Below are positions 37,288 to 51,910 of a DNA stretch of 64,000 nucleotides, in pieces. The DNA comes from Neocallimastix sp. 'constans' (Eukaryota). Every line of letters begins with the position of its first letter. Position 1 is the first letter of the stretch. A program made the position numbers and the translations under genes. Location: contig JBODTK010000156.1 of assembly GCA_050613775.1 (NCBI GenBank), positions 62,001-126,000 of the forward strand, in the 5' to 3' direction. The notes beneath the pieces are model-generated. The model did not search any database, was not told the DNA's origin, and saw only the letters and a program-made list of their open reading frames with translations.

Positions 37288-38269
37288 TGTAAAGATGTGA
37301 TTATCCCGATCACATTTTAAATTAAAAAATTTTTCTTGTGTAATTCAAAAATGTAAATTATTCTTTGATTTATAAAATAATAAGCAAAGTAAATAAATCA
37401 TATGAACTAAATTTTTGAATTATATTCTTTAAGCCACAAGATAAATTTTTAATGTAATAATTTTTATAAAATTTAATTCTGAGAAAATTATTGTTGTAAA
37501 ATAATTTAAAAGAATTAATTAAAGTATAAAACAAAATAAATTAATAATTTATTTTGTGAAAATTAAGTTTTAAAATTTAATCATGACTCCTTTAACATTG
37601 TTTTTAAATCGAAAATAAATAAAGACTTTACTTATAATATTAAAATAATAAATAGTGTAACGTGCTTCTATTGTAACGGCGGGACGTGGTATAGAAACAC
37701 AGAAAGGAGAAAACTCAATAGGTTTACACTATCTGTATAAATAATTCGTTTTATTAAAAAAGATTTTTTATTAATTATAAAATTTAAAGTAATTATTAAT
37801 ATTAATCAACAAGGTAATATTTCGAATTACTTATACGTTAATTATTATTAATAAAAGCACGAAGAAAAATATTTTCATTCGTGAAGTTCGCACTATTTAT
37901 ACTTTTAACGGAAAAACAGTTTTAACATGTAAAAATAATTTTAAAGAAATATTTAGAAATATGTTTGTAATAATTAATAATGTAAAGTTTCTAGAATATA
38001 GATTTTAATTGATGAAAATGAATCTTATCGAAAAAAGAATAAAATAATTTATATAATAAGAATTTCTAAATTCATTTCGGTTGAATTACGAACCGAAGTA
38101 TTCTTTAACTTTCTATAATTTATACAGAAAGAATATTCAAGAAGATATTATTAATAATTAATAAAATAATTATTTATGCAAAATGGGTTGAGGTGCGAGT
38201 CAAACCCATGAAGTATTGGTCATGGTCAATGTAACTAACCATTGAACCAAAGTTCTAATTTTACTAACT

Positions 38270-39615
38270 TGGTAATGTAATAATTCTATTAAGAACTAAC
38301 TCAAAATAGAATTATTAACTACAACTTAACGACTAATTCATTAAGTTGAGAAAATAAAATAAAATAAATTTTTTTACCTTTAGAGTAGAGTTTATTATAA
38401 AATTAATTATAATAATAACACAAAAATGAAAATAAGGTTAAATAAGAAAGGGTTTTCTAATCTTAACAAATCTCTTATCTAGGAAAAGATTAAATAGAAA
38501 AACCTAGATAAGTTTTCGATCGATATTCTATCCATATCGATCATCGCATTAATTAAGTAAAACCGATTACTTCTAAAAAGTAATTGGAAAAAATCTTAAT
38601 TAACCGATTTTCCAATCTAATCTAATGATCGAAAATAAAAGAATAAAATAATAAAAGATATTTCGATCATATAATTTATCCTTATATTAAAAATATAAAA
38701 TTAAATAGTTAATAAAATACAGAATACATTATAAAATACAGAATAAAATACAATACAAAATACATTAGTTACAGTAGAGAATTTAACATATTGTAAATAT
38801 ATTATTTAAAATTAATTAAATAAATTTTGTTAAATTAATGAATATTTAAAATTAAATTAAATAAATTTAATAAATATTATATGTAATTAAATAAAGTTAT
38901 AGTTATAATAACTTAACTAAGAAAATATAATTATTTGTTAGCAAATAATTATAGATTCTTACAGGTAATAAGTTTAAGGTATTATTTATTTTATTTTCTT
39001 AAACTTATTTTATATCGTTTTACCTTGTTTTATTTTAACAAGTTTTACCGATATTTAATATTTAAATTTACTTAATTATTTAAAAAAAAATGTTTTATTG
39101 AAAATTTATATAATATTTAATCTATATATTAAATATTATAATTTTTTTATAAATAATTAAAAATAGTTAAATACTATAATATAAATAATATAGTTTATAA
39201 CTTTATATATATTTGTTATAATAATAATTTTTATTTAATATTTTTTTATAGTTGATTATACAACGTTGAGAAATATTTTTAATTGTTATAATTCATTATT
39301 TTTCTAAATAAATTCACTTAATAAATTTCATAATTATTTCTCAAAAATTTTATAAGTTAATTTATATGGAACTAATTATTCCATATAAAAAATTTTTATA
39401 TTTATATTATTATTATAGTTGGTGTAACTATATTTTCCAATCAAATGTATATAAATATTATTATTAAATAATATTATTATAATAATAAAAATTATTATAA
39501 TTATTTAATATTATGAATAAGATTATTATTAAGTTATTACTATTTAATTATTTTAATATTTAAAATATTAAAAAATCTTTTACTATTTCTTAATATATAT
39601 TATTATTATTTATCA
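38270..39615. mobile_element. Putative solo LTR X (TGGTAA...TTATCA)
   Basis: TG..CA termini like W and G2; interrupted after 6 bp by an S1 LTR; single copy. Confidence 0.55.
38276..38963 (-). mobile_element. Solo LTR, S subtype 1 (internally deleted)
   Basis: Copy of 2048-2910; TSD GGTAA. Confidence 0.9.
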
Positions 39616-39616
39616 T

Positions 39617-40594
39617 TGGTAAAGAATGAATTAATAACCTTTATTTTATTATTAATAATTTTTTACTAAATTGTACTTTCCTATATTCTTGATAACCTAA
39701 ACTTAATAATAAAATTTAATTTATTTTGATATAAATTAATTTTAACTTGTAAATAATGTAAATCAATTTTAATTAATTACTTTATTGTTATATTATTAAA
39801 TATATGTATATATTAAAATACAATTGTAAATATTAAAATTATACTTTTAAGATACTAAATTATTAAAATTATTAATTAAATATTATTATAAAAATTATTA
39901 TAAACTATTAATATTATAAAATTATTAAAATTATTAAATATTATTATAAAAATTTATATATTATAACTATTAAATATTATTATAAAATTATTAAGATTAT
40001 TAATTAAATTTATTATTAAAAATTATTATTAAAAATTATTACTTATTATAAAAATTATTATTAAATATTATCAAATTTATTAATTAAATATTATAAAAAT
40101 TTTATTTTATTTTGAAAATAATTACAAGTATTATTTAAAATAATTAAAGATTATTAAATTTATTATATTAATCTTTAAAAACAATTTCTTTAACTTAAAA
40201 ATATCAAAGAAAATAGTAAAACTATTTTCTATATATATTTATTTTATAATTATTTTTAATTAAATTATATTTGAATATTATATTATTATATTTATAAAAA
40301 TTAAAACAAAAATGAATTATTGATATAAAATTAATTCAATAATTCTATAAAATTACTTAAATTATAAACAACTAATTATACTTTAAATTTATAAAAAAAT
40401 ATAAATATTGTAACAATTTCTTAAAAATTAAATATGTGTACTTTAAATAATAAAATTTTATATTAATAAATAATAAATAATTTTTAATAAAAAGAAATTT
40501 TTTTTTTTTTTTTTTTTATTTAAAATCAAAGCAGGGTAATACCCGTCCCCCCTGCTTGATTTTAAATCCATACGAATCAACCCCGAGTCTACCA
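39617..40594. mobile_element. Solo LTR W3
   Basis: TGGTA...TACCA; inverted copy of W2. Confidence 0.85.
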
Positions 40595-40601
40595 AACTGA
40601 A

Positions 40602-41580
40602 TGTAAGAATCTATAATTATTTTTAACAAAATAATTATATTTTCTTAGTTAGGTTATAATTAATATAACTTTTATTTAACTCATATTTCATTTATACACC
40701 TAATTATAATTAATAATTTATTTAATTATATATTAAAATTTTATTTAGTTTAATATTAAAAATTTATTTAATTAAATAATTTTTATACATTTAAAATAAT
40801 ATTAAATTTATTTAATTATTCACTTAATTATTAAATTTATTAGTTTTAGTTTTCTTTCACTTATTAAATCATAAACTAAAACACTATTCTGTATTCTATC
40901 ATGTATTCCGTATTGTATTAATCATGTATTTTATTATTAATGTATTGTTTTATATTTTTTATGTAAAGTTCTATAAAATAGAACTAAATAGATTAAATTT
41001 TAAATTTTATGATCTAAATAATTTTCATTATTTTATTCTTTTATTTTCGATCATTATATTAGATTAAGTAATCGGTTAATTAAGGTTTTTCCAATTACTT
41101 CTTAAAAGTAATCGGTTTTACTTAATTAACGCGATGATCGATATGGATAGAATATCGATCAAAAAACTTATCTAGGTTTTTCTTCTAGTCTTTTCCTAGA
41201 TAAGAGATTTGTTAAGATTAGAACCCCTTTTGACTTTAACCTTATTTTGACAAAAAAGTATAAATAAGGCTCTTGAGTTCTCTTTGAGAAATCAAGAGTT
41301 ATTATTATAACAATTATAATATAATAATAATAATAATAGTTTTAACATTTAAAATTTCTAATAAATAATAAAACAAATTATTTTAATAAAACAGATTTTA
41401 TAATTAAAACTTTTCTTTATCAATTTTAGTGTTTCGTCTATTATAATTCGTTATAATAAACTCGATAATTAGAAAGAACCATAGATAAGTATGATTCTTT
41501 TCTAACCCTTTAATATTAGCAGTTAGAGCTAATATTAATGATTAATAATTTAATTATAATTTTTTAATTAAATTATTACA
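40602..41580 (+). mobile_element. Solo LTR, S subtype 2
   Basis: TSD CTGAA; copy of 7822-8820. Confidence 0.9.
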
Positions 41581-41587
41581 CTGAATG

Positions 41588-42531
41588 TGTAAGAATCTAT
41601 TATTATTTTTAAATAATTATATTTTCATAGTTAAAGTTATAATTATAACTTTATTTAATTATATAATATTTATTCATTTAAATATTATTAATAATTTATT
41701 TAACTCCATATTAAATATTCATTGATTTAATACAACAAAATTTATTTAATTAATTATTATTCATACATTTATAAATAATTATAGTTTATTTAATTATACA
41801 TTTAATTATTAAATTTATTAATTTTAGTTTATTTATTTAATTAAATTGTAAACAAATATATTATGTATTCTAATATGTATTTTAATAATGTATTCTGTAT
41901 TTTGTTTATTAATATCATTATGTTATTTTCCTTATTTGTAAATTTATAATTTTATGATCGAAATATCTTTTATTATTTTATTCTTTTATTTTCGATCAAT
42001 TACATTGGATTAACGAATCTGTTAATTAGGGTTTTTCCCAATTACTTCTTAAAAGTAATTGGTTTTACCTAATTGATACGATGATCGATATGGATAGAAT
42101 ATCGATCAAAAATCTTATCTAGGTTTTTCTCTCTAATCTTTTCCTAGATAAGAGATTTGTTAAGATTAGAAAACATTTTTTAATTTAACCTTATTTTTCA
42201 AAAAAGTAAAAATAAGGCTCTTGAATTCTCTTTGAGAAATCAAGAGTTATTATTATAACAATTATAATATAGTAATAACATTAATAAATATTTTATATTT
42301 CCATTTTAATAAAGCAAGTTTTAATAAAACAAATTTAAAAATAAAACAAAATAAAATAATCCTTTCTCTTGACAATTCTGTGTTATTATAATTAGTTATA
42401 ATAAACTCTTTCTTATAAAAGATAAGTATATTTATCTTTTTTGCTTTCTCAATTTAATAATAATTATTATTTAATTATTAAGTTGTAGTTAATAATTTAA
42501 TTATAATTAATTTTATAATTAAATTATTACA
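41588..42531 (+). mobile_element. Solo LTR, S subtype 3
   Basis: TGTAAGAATC...TTACA, TSD GAATG. Confidence 0.88.
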
Positions 42532-43707
42532 GAATGTTAAAGAAGAAGCAAATATTGTTAATTTGGTCTCAAATCTAACAAATAATGTTGAAATTACAAC
42601 TGAATTAAATTATTAAAAACAAAATAATTAATAAAAATTTATAATTCATTAATTATTCTTTAAATTTTATTTATTTTATAATATTATAAGTTATTTGATC
42701 ATCTTAGGACCAGCTTAGGCCTACTGATTCTAATGATATCATATTTAACTTAAATATTATTAATAAATAAAATATTTATTCAACATGAATCATTTGGTCA
42801 TGTCATCCTTGATTCATAAATTAATGTTTATGTATTAATTTATGTTATATTGATTTAATTAATTATTAATTATTAATTACTATATTAAATATTTAAATTT
42901 AATATTATATTATATATATTAGCTAATATATTAGATTAAAAAATATAATTTATTTATATTAAACATATTCTTATACTAAATATTATTATTATCAATTTAT
43001 ATTATTATTATCAATATTCTCAAACCTACAAAGTATAAAAAGAAAATTCAAATTTATCTTTTTGTTCTTTGTAAGGTTATAGTTAACCTATTATAATATA
43101 ACTATATATTTTTATTAATAAATAAAAATTTTTTATCATATCAACCCAATTATTAGTTTTAATTAAGTGTTAAATTAACAAATTTAACTTTATAACTCTT
43201 TTATTTTAGTAATTTATATATATCTATATAGTTATATTATATAGATATATCAACCTGATTCAGTCGTTAAATTCGTTCTGTCTACTTTTTAACAATAACC
43301 TTACCCAAGAAAAGAGAATCACCTTGATATGTCCCTTTATAATCACCTATCTACCCATTATCTGAAGAAGAAAATAAAGTTTTAAAAGAATATATAGAAG
43401 AAAATTTAAAGAAGGGATTTATTAGACCTTCTGAATCTCCAGCTGGTGATCCTGTCTTATTTCAAAAAAAGAAAGATGGTTCTTTAAGATTGTGTGTGGA
43501 TTACAAAAAGTTAAACGCTGTTACCATTAGAAATTCATATCCTCTTCCACTTATTAATGATATTATTGAAAAGGTTAAAGGTGCAAAATATTTCGCAAAA
43601 TTAGATCTAAGATCTGCCTATAACCTAATTCGTATAAAAGAGGGGGATGAATATAAAACAGCTTTTCGAACTAAATATGGTCATTACGAATATCTCGTAA
43701 TGCCTTT

Positions 43708-44481
43708 TGTAAAGATATTATTAATATCTTTATAAATTTTAATTAAATTTAATCATAAATTTAAGTAAAATTGAAATAAATCTATTAAAAATCACGTGTA
43801 TAAAATTATTGCAAATAATTTTAAACAAAACTTCGACTTCTTCCCAATCATATTAATAAATTAAAAATTTCTCTTGTGAAACTAGTAATTGAAAATCATT
43901 TCTTTTTATGTAATTTAATTTAAATAATAAGAGTTAAGGTTTTTTACAAGATAAATTAACAACATGAAACTATGCAATTAGTCATGTTGAAACTTGCGGC
44001 ATTTTATGCTAAAATCATATTAAATAATTATGACAACTTTTATATTAATTTTAAATAGAAAATATAATAAGAATTTATTAATAATATTTAAATAATAAAT
44101 AAATAATAAATGAGCTCGATTGAAATTGTTTATATTTATTTTAGTTATTAATTATAATTCTCTTTATTTAGTAATAGTTAATTATTTATTATTAGTTTAG
44201 GTTAGTATTGTTTTTAAATAAATAGTTAGATAATATAATTCAATAGGAATTATATATTCTAAATGTAATAAGATAAAAATATAAATAGTTAACCAAATTT
44301 CATGTATTTTAATCGATGTAATTGTTATTAACGATTTATTGTTAATAACACTAATAATTAATAAAGATTATTTTAAAATCTAAATATAATAAAACTTATT
44401 TGTTTATAAAACATTTTTGTGTTATTTAGTGTTATTATAATTTTTGACTTATAATCTATTTTTTAAAATCAAAACTTTATA
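43708..44481 (+). mobile_element. Solo LTR (TGTAAAGAT family) in the G4 RT
   Basis: TSD CCTTT; TG...TA end. Confidence 0.88.
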
Positions 44482-46813
44482 CCTTTTGAGTTGAAAAATG
44501 CCCCAGCCACTTTTCAATCATTTATTAATTCTGTACTCAGACCTTATTTGGAAAAAAGTGTTATTTTATATTTGGATGATATTTTAATTTATTCTGAGGA
44601 TTTGGAAGAACATCACAAACAAGTAAGAAGTGTATTACAAACTTTAATTAATAATAATTTATACGCAAAATTAGAAAAATGTGAATTCGATAAAGAAAAA
44701 GTTGAATTCCTAGGTTACATTTTATCTGGTGATGGTGTATCTACTGACCCAAAGAAAATTAAATCTATAGAAGAGTGGCCAACTCCGAAAAATATTAAAG
44801 AAGTACAACGATTTTTAGGCTTATGTAATTACTATAGGAGATTTGTAAAAAATTTTGCAAAAATAGCTAAGCCTCTCCATAATTTAACAAGAAAAAATAC
44901 AAAATTTATTTGGGATACAAATTGTGGAAATTCATTTAAATTATTAAAAAGTAAATTAACTACTTCTCCAGTACTGCATCACCCAGATGTAACTAAACCA
45001 TTCATAGTAGAATGTGATGCAAGTAACTATGCTATAGGTGCTGTTTTATCTCAGAAAGATGAAAATAATAAATTACATCCTGTTGCTTACTTTTCAAGAA
45101 GTTTACAAGGCTCCGAAATAAATTATACCATTACAGAAAAAGAGTTATTAGCTATTAGAGATTCTTTCTTAACTTGGCGACATCTTTTACTTGGTGCAAA
45201 ACATAATTACTGTCTATACTGACCATAGAAATTTAATCTATACTTTAGGAGGAAAAGTTGGTAATCAAAGACAGCATAGATGGCACTTATTCTTTCAGGA
45301 ATATGATTTCCAACTTATATATAGACAAGGAACTAAAAATGGGAAACCAGATAGTCTTTCAAGAAGACCTGACTATATGAAGAATAACGAAGATATTAAA
45401 CCAGAAAATATATTAGATATTAAAAATGTAAAAGAAGTTCCCTGTTTTATAGGAATTATGAGTAATTTACTAGAAAAAATTATTGATGCTATTAAAGAAG
45501 ATGCTACTGCTGAAGATATTAAATTATACTTTAGTGAAAACAATGTTAAAAATAATTATGCTTATAAACCATTTAGGAAAATGGAAAGATTTAAAATAAA
45601 AGATAATATTATATTATATAACAATTTAATTTATATTCCTGAATCACTTAGATTAGAAATTTTAGAAAAATATCATGAAAAACCCACTTCTGGACATTTT
45701 GGTATAAGAAGAACTTTAGAACTAATTACAAGAAACTTTTGGTGGCCAAAAATACATGAAGATGTTACAAGTTATGTTAATTCTTGTGAATGTTGTGCAA
45801 GAAACAAGGTTAATAGACATAAGAAATATGGTCTTTTACAACCTTTAGATACTCCCGATAGACCTTGGAAGTCTATAGAAATTGATTTCCTATGTGGTCT
45901 TCCTTATTCTAAAGGATACACCGTTATTATGGTAGTTGTTGATCGTTTCTCTAAGATGATTCATTTAATTCCATTTAAACAAATACCTGATGCCAAACAA
46001 ACTGCCAAAGCTTTCATTACAAATATATTTAAACTACACGGATTGCCTTGTGATATGTATACAGATAGAGGATCTCAATTTACAAGTGCTCTTTGGAAAG
46101 AAGTAATGGAATATTTAAACATTAAATCAAAAATCGCTACAACTGACCATCATGAAACAGTTGGTCAAGTTGAAAGATGTAATTCTTTTATTGAAAAATA
46201 TTTAAGAGCTTACTCAAGATCATATTATCATGATGATTGGATTGAATGGATTCACCTTGCTGAATTTGTTTATAATAACTCCATTAATGAATCTACAAAA
46301 GAAACACCCTTCTTTATTAATTATGGGTTTCATCCATCTATAGATGAATTTTTCTTATTACCTGATATTGATACTAATAATAAAATTATTAAGGACTTAA
46401 GTATGAACTTTAATCATATTAAAGCTGTTTTATTAAGGTCAAAAGAACTATATAAAATACACGCAGATAAAAAGAGAATGCCACCTCCAATATTTAAAGA
46501 AAATGATTTAGTTTGGATACAAGCTCCTCCATCACTAAATATCGAAGATAGTTCAAAGTTAGCTCCTTGTAAATATGGACCATATAAAGTAATAGATGTT
46601 CTGAATAATCATAATTATAAAATAGATATTAAAAGGTCACCTTTTCCAAAACATCATCCTATATTCCATGTTTCGGAGTTAGAACCTTTTATTCCAACAC
46701 CTCAAAAGTTTTTAAAAAGAAGAACTCATGATGAATCTGTTAATGATATAATCGAAATCTCAGGATTTAGAACTAATTATAAAAAGAATCAATATGAATA
46801 CAGAATCAGGTAT

Positions 46814-47593
46814 TGTAAAGATTTAATAAAATCTTTAATAATTAATTATTACATAATTAATTAATGTAATAAAATTACATAAATTTATGATTTACGTATA
46901 TGAAAATTAATTATAAATTTATGTAAACTTTTCATAAAGGAAAAATTATTATTTAAATAATTTTGGATAATAACTTAAATCTAAATAATTTATTTAAGTT
47001 AGTTAATTTAGTTTAGTTTATTTAAAATAGTTATTCTATTTAATTTAGTTAATTTAGTTAATTTAGTTTAGTTAGTTTAAAATACTTTAAAATTAATTTC
47101 GGAATAGTTTTAAATAGTTAAAATTAGTTTAAATAGTTTATAAAAATAGTTTTAAATTGTAAATATATAAACATTAGTATTAATAATATTTATATAATGA
47201 ATATATAATAAATGAGTTGTTATTGAATTTAATTATTATTGTAAATAAGTTGAAAGTTTATTGAATTAATTATTGTTTAGTTTAGTTAATTATTATTTAA
47301 TAAAATTATTAATAAATATTTTGTTTATAAATAAACAGTAATATATGTAAATTAGATAGAAATAATATATTATAATGTAATAATGAAAAAATATAAATAC
47401 ATGTAAATTTCTATAATTAAATCGATGTATTAGTTATTGACTATATGATAGTTAATAACAAAAAAGAGATTTAATTTTTTTTAATTAATAAAGATTATTT
47501 TATTTAAAAAAAAACGAATTTTTATTACGTGTTTTTTTTATTTTGGTGTTAAAATTTGTTATTTGTAATCTGTTTCTGATAGAACTCTTTACA
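46814..47593 (+). mobile_element. Solo LTR in the G4 chromodomain region
   Basis: TSD GGTAT; homolog of 32412-33163. Confidence 0.9.
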
Positions 47594-47734
47594 GGTATAA
47601 ATATAGAACTGCTTACAATTGGGTTCCTTCAGACGAAGTTGAAAATAACCCCCGAAATCAAAATATTTATTTACAATATTTACAAAATGATTTCAATAGC
47701 TTATAACTAAAATGATAATAATAATAATAATATT

Positions 47735-47773
<39 letters not shown>

Positions 47774-50303
47774 GAAATTTTGTTTTTTATTATTTGCTTT
47801 TAAATTTTATTTTATTATTATCAATTTTTCAGTCAAATTTCAATTTCAAAATTTCGAAATTTTCAAAATTTTCAAAATTCAAAAACATAGCTATGTTACA
47901 CTTACATCTATCTATCAATTTATAATCCAATTTTATTCATAAATTCATTAATTATTATAATTTTCAATTTTTTTAAAGTTAATGCATAAAATTAAAAATT
48001 GAAATTAAAATTTCAAAATTTCAATTTCAAAAATTTTTAATCAAAAACATTTAAAAATGGTACCATCATATTCTTAAACATCAATTTTTATAGCAAAATT
48101 TTAATTTTATTAAATTTTAGAAATTTCAAAATTTCAATGAAATGGTCACTTATAAAGGGTTTCCTTTTAAAATTTAAAAGGACTCAAGTGGCCTTCCTCC
48201 TTTATAAATTAAAAAATTTAGTCCTCCTTATCGTTACACAAAAATCGTCTTGAATCCGATTTTTATAGGAGGGCATTGTTGAAATTATAACTGAATTGAA
48301 ATCTCAATTTCAGTTATTCACATTTCAATATACATTTAATTAATAATTAATATAAATTCTTATTTAATATTTAAAGAATTATCTTAGGCCTAATAATTCT
48401 GAAAATATTAATAAATAAGATTTATATTAATAATTTCAATTATTTACATATGATATAAAACAAATATGTGTAGTAACATATTTGTATATTTAATAATAAT
48501 TATTAAATATTAAATTTATATCTTTTTGATAATAATTATTTTATTTTATTTTATTTCAATATGTATTATAATTATAATAATTATAATACTTTATTTCATA
48601 TAAAATTTATATAGTTCTATATATTAGAATATATAATTAATATATTACCTATTTCTTATAAATAGATTAAATTATTTATATTTGAAATAGAGAACTCTCT
48701 TGTAAAATTTTAGGAATTAGAATTATTATTTTAATTGTACGAATATTATAATATTATTAATAAAATTTACTAAACTACCATAATTTTAAAAACCCACTGC
48801 TTATAAATTATTGCACATAAAAGTCCCGCATATCACATATGACGTCACATGTATTTATTTATATTATGTTTATATATATGTTTATATCATATATATTAAT
48901 TACTATTTTTAATTATTCAAATTAATTATACAAATTAAATTTATTTAATTATATTAAATATTTTAAACATATCGATATTGTTATTATTTTAATATTTTAT
49001 TAATATTCATTTTACTATATTATTATTATCTTATAATTAAATACTATTATTATGTAACTTACAAAGTATAAAAGAAAGATGTAAAAATCTATCTTTTATG
49101 TTCTTTGTAAGGTTATTGTATTTACAATAATTATATACTAATAATTCAATAAATAAATATTTTCATAAATCCTTCAAAGAAATTATTATTTAAAATATTC
49201 TTAGATATTAAGTGTTTAAATGACTTAACTATTTATCTTATATTATTTTAATTATATTATTATTAATTAATTATTGTTGGATTATTAATATATAATTCAA
49301 CATATTAACCTAGTAACGTTATTAATCATAAAACTATTTTATATCTTAATTTTAACAAATAACTTATCCACAAATTAAACTATTTGCCTTCCTTATTGTA
49401 TGGAACTTTCCTATATTCTACTATAAATTAAAATTGAATTATTTCTTAATAAATAATATATTACTTATATTAAATAATTTTTATTTATATATTTCTTATT
49501 TAAAATTATTATATTATTATTGAAATGTTAACAAATTATCAATATATTTTTTTTTATTAATATTTTTATTTTATCAATTTATTATTGTCAAGTTAATTAA
49601 AAATCTAGATAGTTTTTCTTTAACCAATAGTTATTCATTGTATTAATAATAAAAATTAATTTCTAAATAATATTACTAATACATAATAATACAAAAAAAA
49701 AAAAAAAATAAAATAAAATAAAATTATATATTATTAATATATGTTTATTATAATCCATAATGTTATATTTTTAAGAATTAATTATAACAATTATATTGAA
49801 TAATTTAAAATTAATAATATTTTACACATAAATGAAGGATTTAGTAAGTTATAATTACTAAACCACATTAGTAAATTCTGCAAAATTGATAAAATTATGT
49901 TTAAAATATATTAATAATACATTAATAATTAATTAGGATAAATTTTTATATATAATAGAAATACTTAAATTAAAATAAATTTATTAGATATAATTTAAAA
50001 ATTTGAATTATTATTAAAAGAAATTAAAAATAAGAAATGGCTTTCCCATTTCTAATTAATTGTAAAAGTATAAAAAGAGATAGTTTAGAAAAAAAAAATA
50101 ATAATAATAATAATCATGTAATAAATTATAATAAATAAATTTTAATAAATATTTTTTAATAAAACAAAAATTTTCTTTTATTTTTATTATTGTTTTAATT
50201 TTATTTATAATTTTTGAATAATTTTTATAAAAACCCCGAACCAAACCATGAAGATTTCGTTACAAATAGATAATAAATGTACTTAATTTTAATTATTTAG
50301 TAT

Positions 50304-50953
50304 TGTTAAGATAATAACTGAATTTCAATTCAATTTCAATTTCAATAATTCAGTTATTGGAATTTCAATAAAAATAATAATATAATAATTATTATTAAAT
50401 TAACTTTATTAAAATATTTAGGAATTAGTCTAGGCCAACTAATTACTAAATATTATTAACATATTGAAATTAATATATATTAAATAATGTAAACACGTGA
50501 TTGTCATATTAAATTAATTTCTACATATTATATTTTAATTATAAAATATAATATTTAGCTAATATTATATTCTTATATTTTATTTATATTAAATATTTAT
50601 ATTATTATCTTAGTTTATATTATCAATATCAAACTTATATTAATACTATTACATATTCATATTAATAATTAATATTTTAATAATTAATTATTTTATATAA
50701 ATACATGTTTAAATCTTTTGATTAATCCTTTGTAGGATTATTGTAATTTAAATTATAGTAATAATTATATAAAATAATAATGTAATAAAATATTATTAAG
50801 ATTAAATAAAATTTATATTTTAAATAAAAACTTAATTATAAAATTTACTAATAACAATATGTAAATAAAAAGTAAAATTAAATTATTAATTAATTACTAT
50901 AATTTGGCATCTTGACCTAATCGTTAAGACCAAATTATCTAAAAACTTTAACA
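50304..50953. mobile_element. Solo LTR Z2
   Basis: TGTTAA...TTAACA, TSD AGTAT. Confidence 0.9.
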
Positions 50954-51285
50954 AGTATTTAGTTTAATTAATAATTATATTTTTCTAAATTTAGCTATAG
51001 TTTATAAATTTATTATTTAATAAAATTCATTAGGATAGTTTTATATTAAAATATATGTAATTTAAATAAAATAATATATTATCAATGTATTTAGGAAAAG
51101 TACAAATAGAAGATACTTTTCACTTTTTTTCTCGATGTAATTGTTATTGAATAAATAACTATGAACAAATAACTATTAATAAATATTAAATATTAATAAA
51201 ATATATTTTTAATAAAAATTTTTTTTAATAAAATAAAATTTATTGTGTCTTATTATTGTAATCTATTTTAGTATTTTCTTTTACA

Positions 51286-51910
51286 GTTATACTTAGCTGG
51301 ATATACTATTTGCTGTTAATAAAGCTTCTAGCCGCACAAGTAATCCGAATTTAGACGATTGGATTAATGTTATAAAATTTTTCAGGTATTTAAAAGGTAA
51401 TTCTAGATATGGTTTAAATTTTAAAAATAGTAATACATTGACGCAGATTATGGTGGAGACACAGAAACTAGGAAGTCAACAACAGGGTATATATAATCAT
51501 AATGAATGGAGCATCAACAAGTTGGTATTCAAAACTACAAAATTGTGTATCAACTTCTACTATGGAAAGCGAATATTATCCTAAAGATGAATGTGCAAAA
51601 CATTGTTTATGATATAAAAATATTTTTAAAGAACTTAATATGAACATAAAATATGCAGAAATAAAAAAAGATAATATGGCTGCTATTCAGAATTGTATCA
51701 ATCAAACAATAAACCCTAAATCAAAACATATTGACATTAAATATCACCATATTAGGGACTTAATTATAAAGGGTGATATAAGACTGAAACATATTAGGAC
51801 AAATGTGAACTTAGTCGATGGTTTTACTAAATATCTTAATAATACATTAATGACTAAATTCAGATAATTCATACTTACCAAGTTTTAACCATATTAAACT
51901 TCAGGGGGAA
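51286..51910 (+). pseudogene. Copia B RT end and RNase H, followed by PPT AGGGGGAA; the 3' LTR starts at 51911
   Basis: DADYGGDTETRKSTTGY, SKHIDIKYHHIRD, NLVDGFTK. Confidence 0.88.

Larger units (their letters stand above)
43341..47710 (+). pseudogene. G4 pol (RT-RNase H-integrase-chromodomain-like), split by two solo LTRs and a frameshift
   Basis: [61 protein letters not shown]. Confidence 0.92.
42586..49357 (+). mobile_element. Ty3/Gypsy G4, gag/PR deleted, with dissimilar LTRs
   Basis: LTRs 42586-43294 and 48277-49357, TSD AATAA, self-priming PBS ATAACCTTAC (43295-43304), PPT AGGAGGG. Confidence 0.85.
42535..50243 (+). mobile_element. Solo LTR V, a G2-LTR relative (own sequence 42535-42585 and 49358-50243)
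   Basis: Shares GGAACTTTC.TATATTCT, AGAAATGGCTTT.CCATTTCTA and terminal CCGAACC with the G2 LTR in the opposite orientation. Confidence 0.7.
37656..50264 (-). mobile_element. Solo LTR T3 (T family; own sequence 37656-38269 and 50244-50264)
   Basis: TGTAACG...CGTTACA, TSD AATAG; minus-strand A box TGGTTCAATGG (38239-38249) and B box GGTTTGACTC (38197-38206); shares GTGCTTTTAT with T1. Confidence 0.85.
37288..51285 (+). mobile_element. Solo LTR Y (own sequence 37288-37655, 50265-50303, 50954-51285) carrying about 13 kb of nested inserts
   Basis: TGTAAA...TTTACA with TSD GTTAT, splitting the Copia B RT. Confidence 0.85.
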
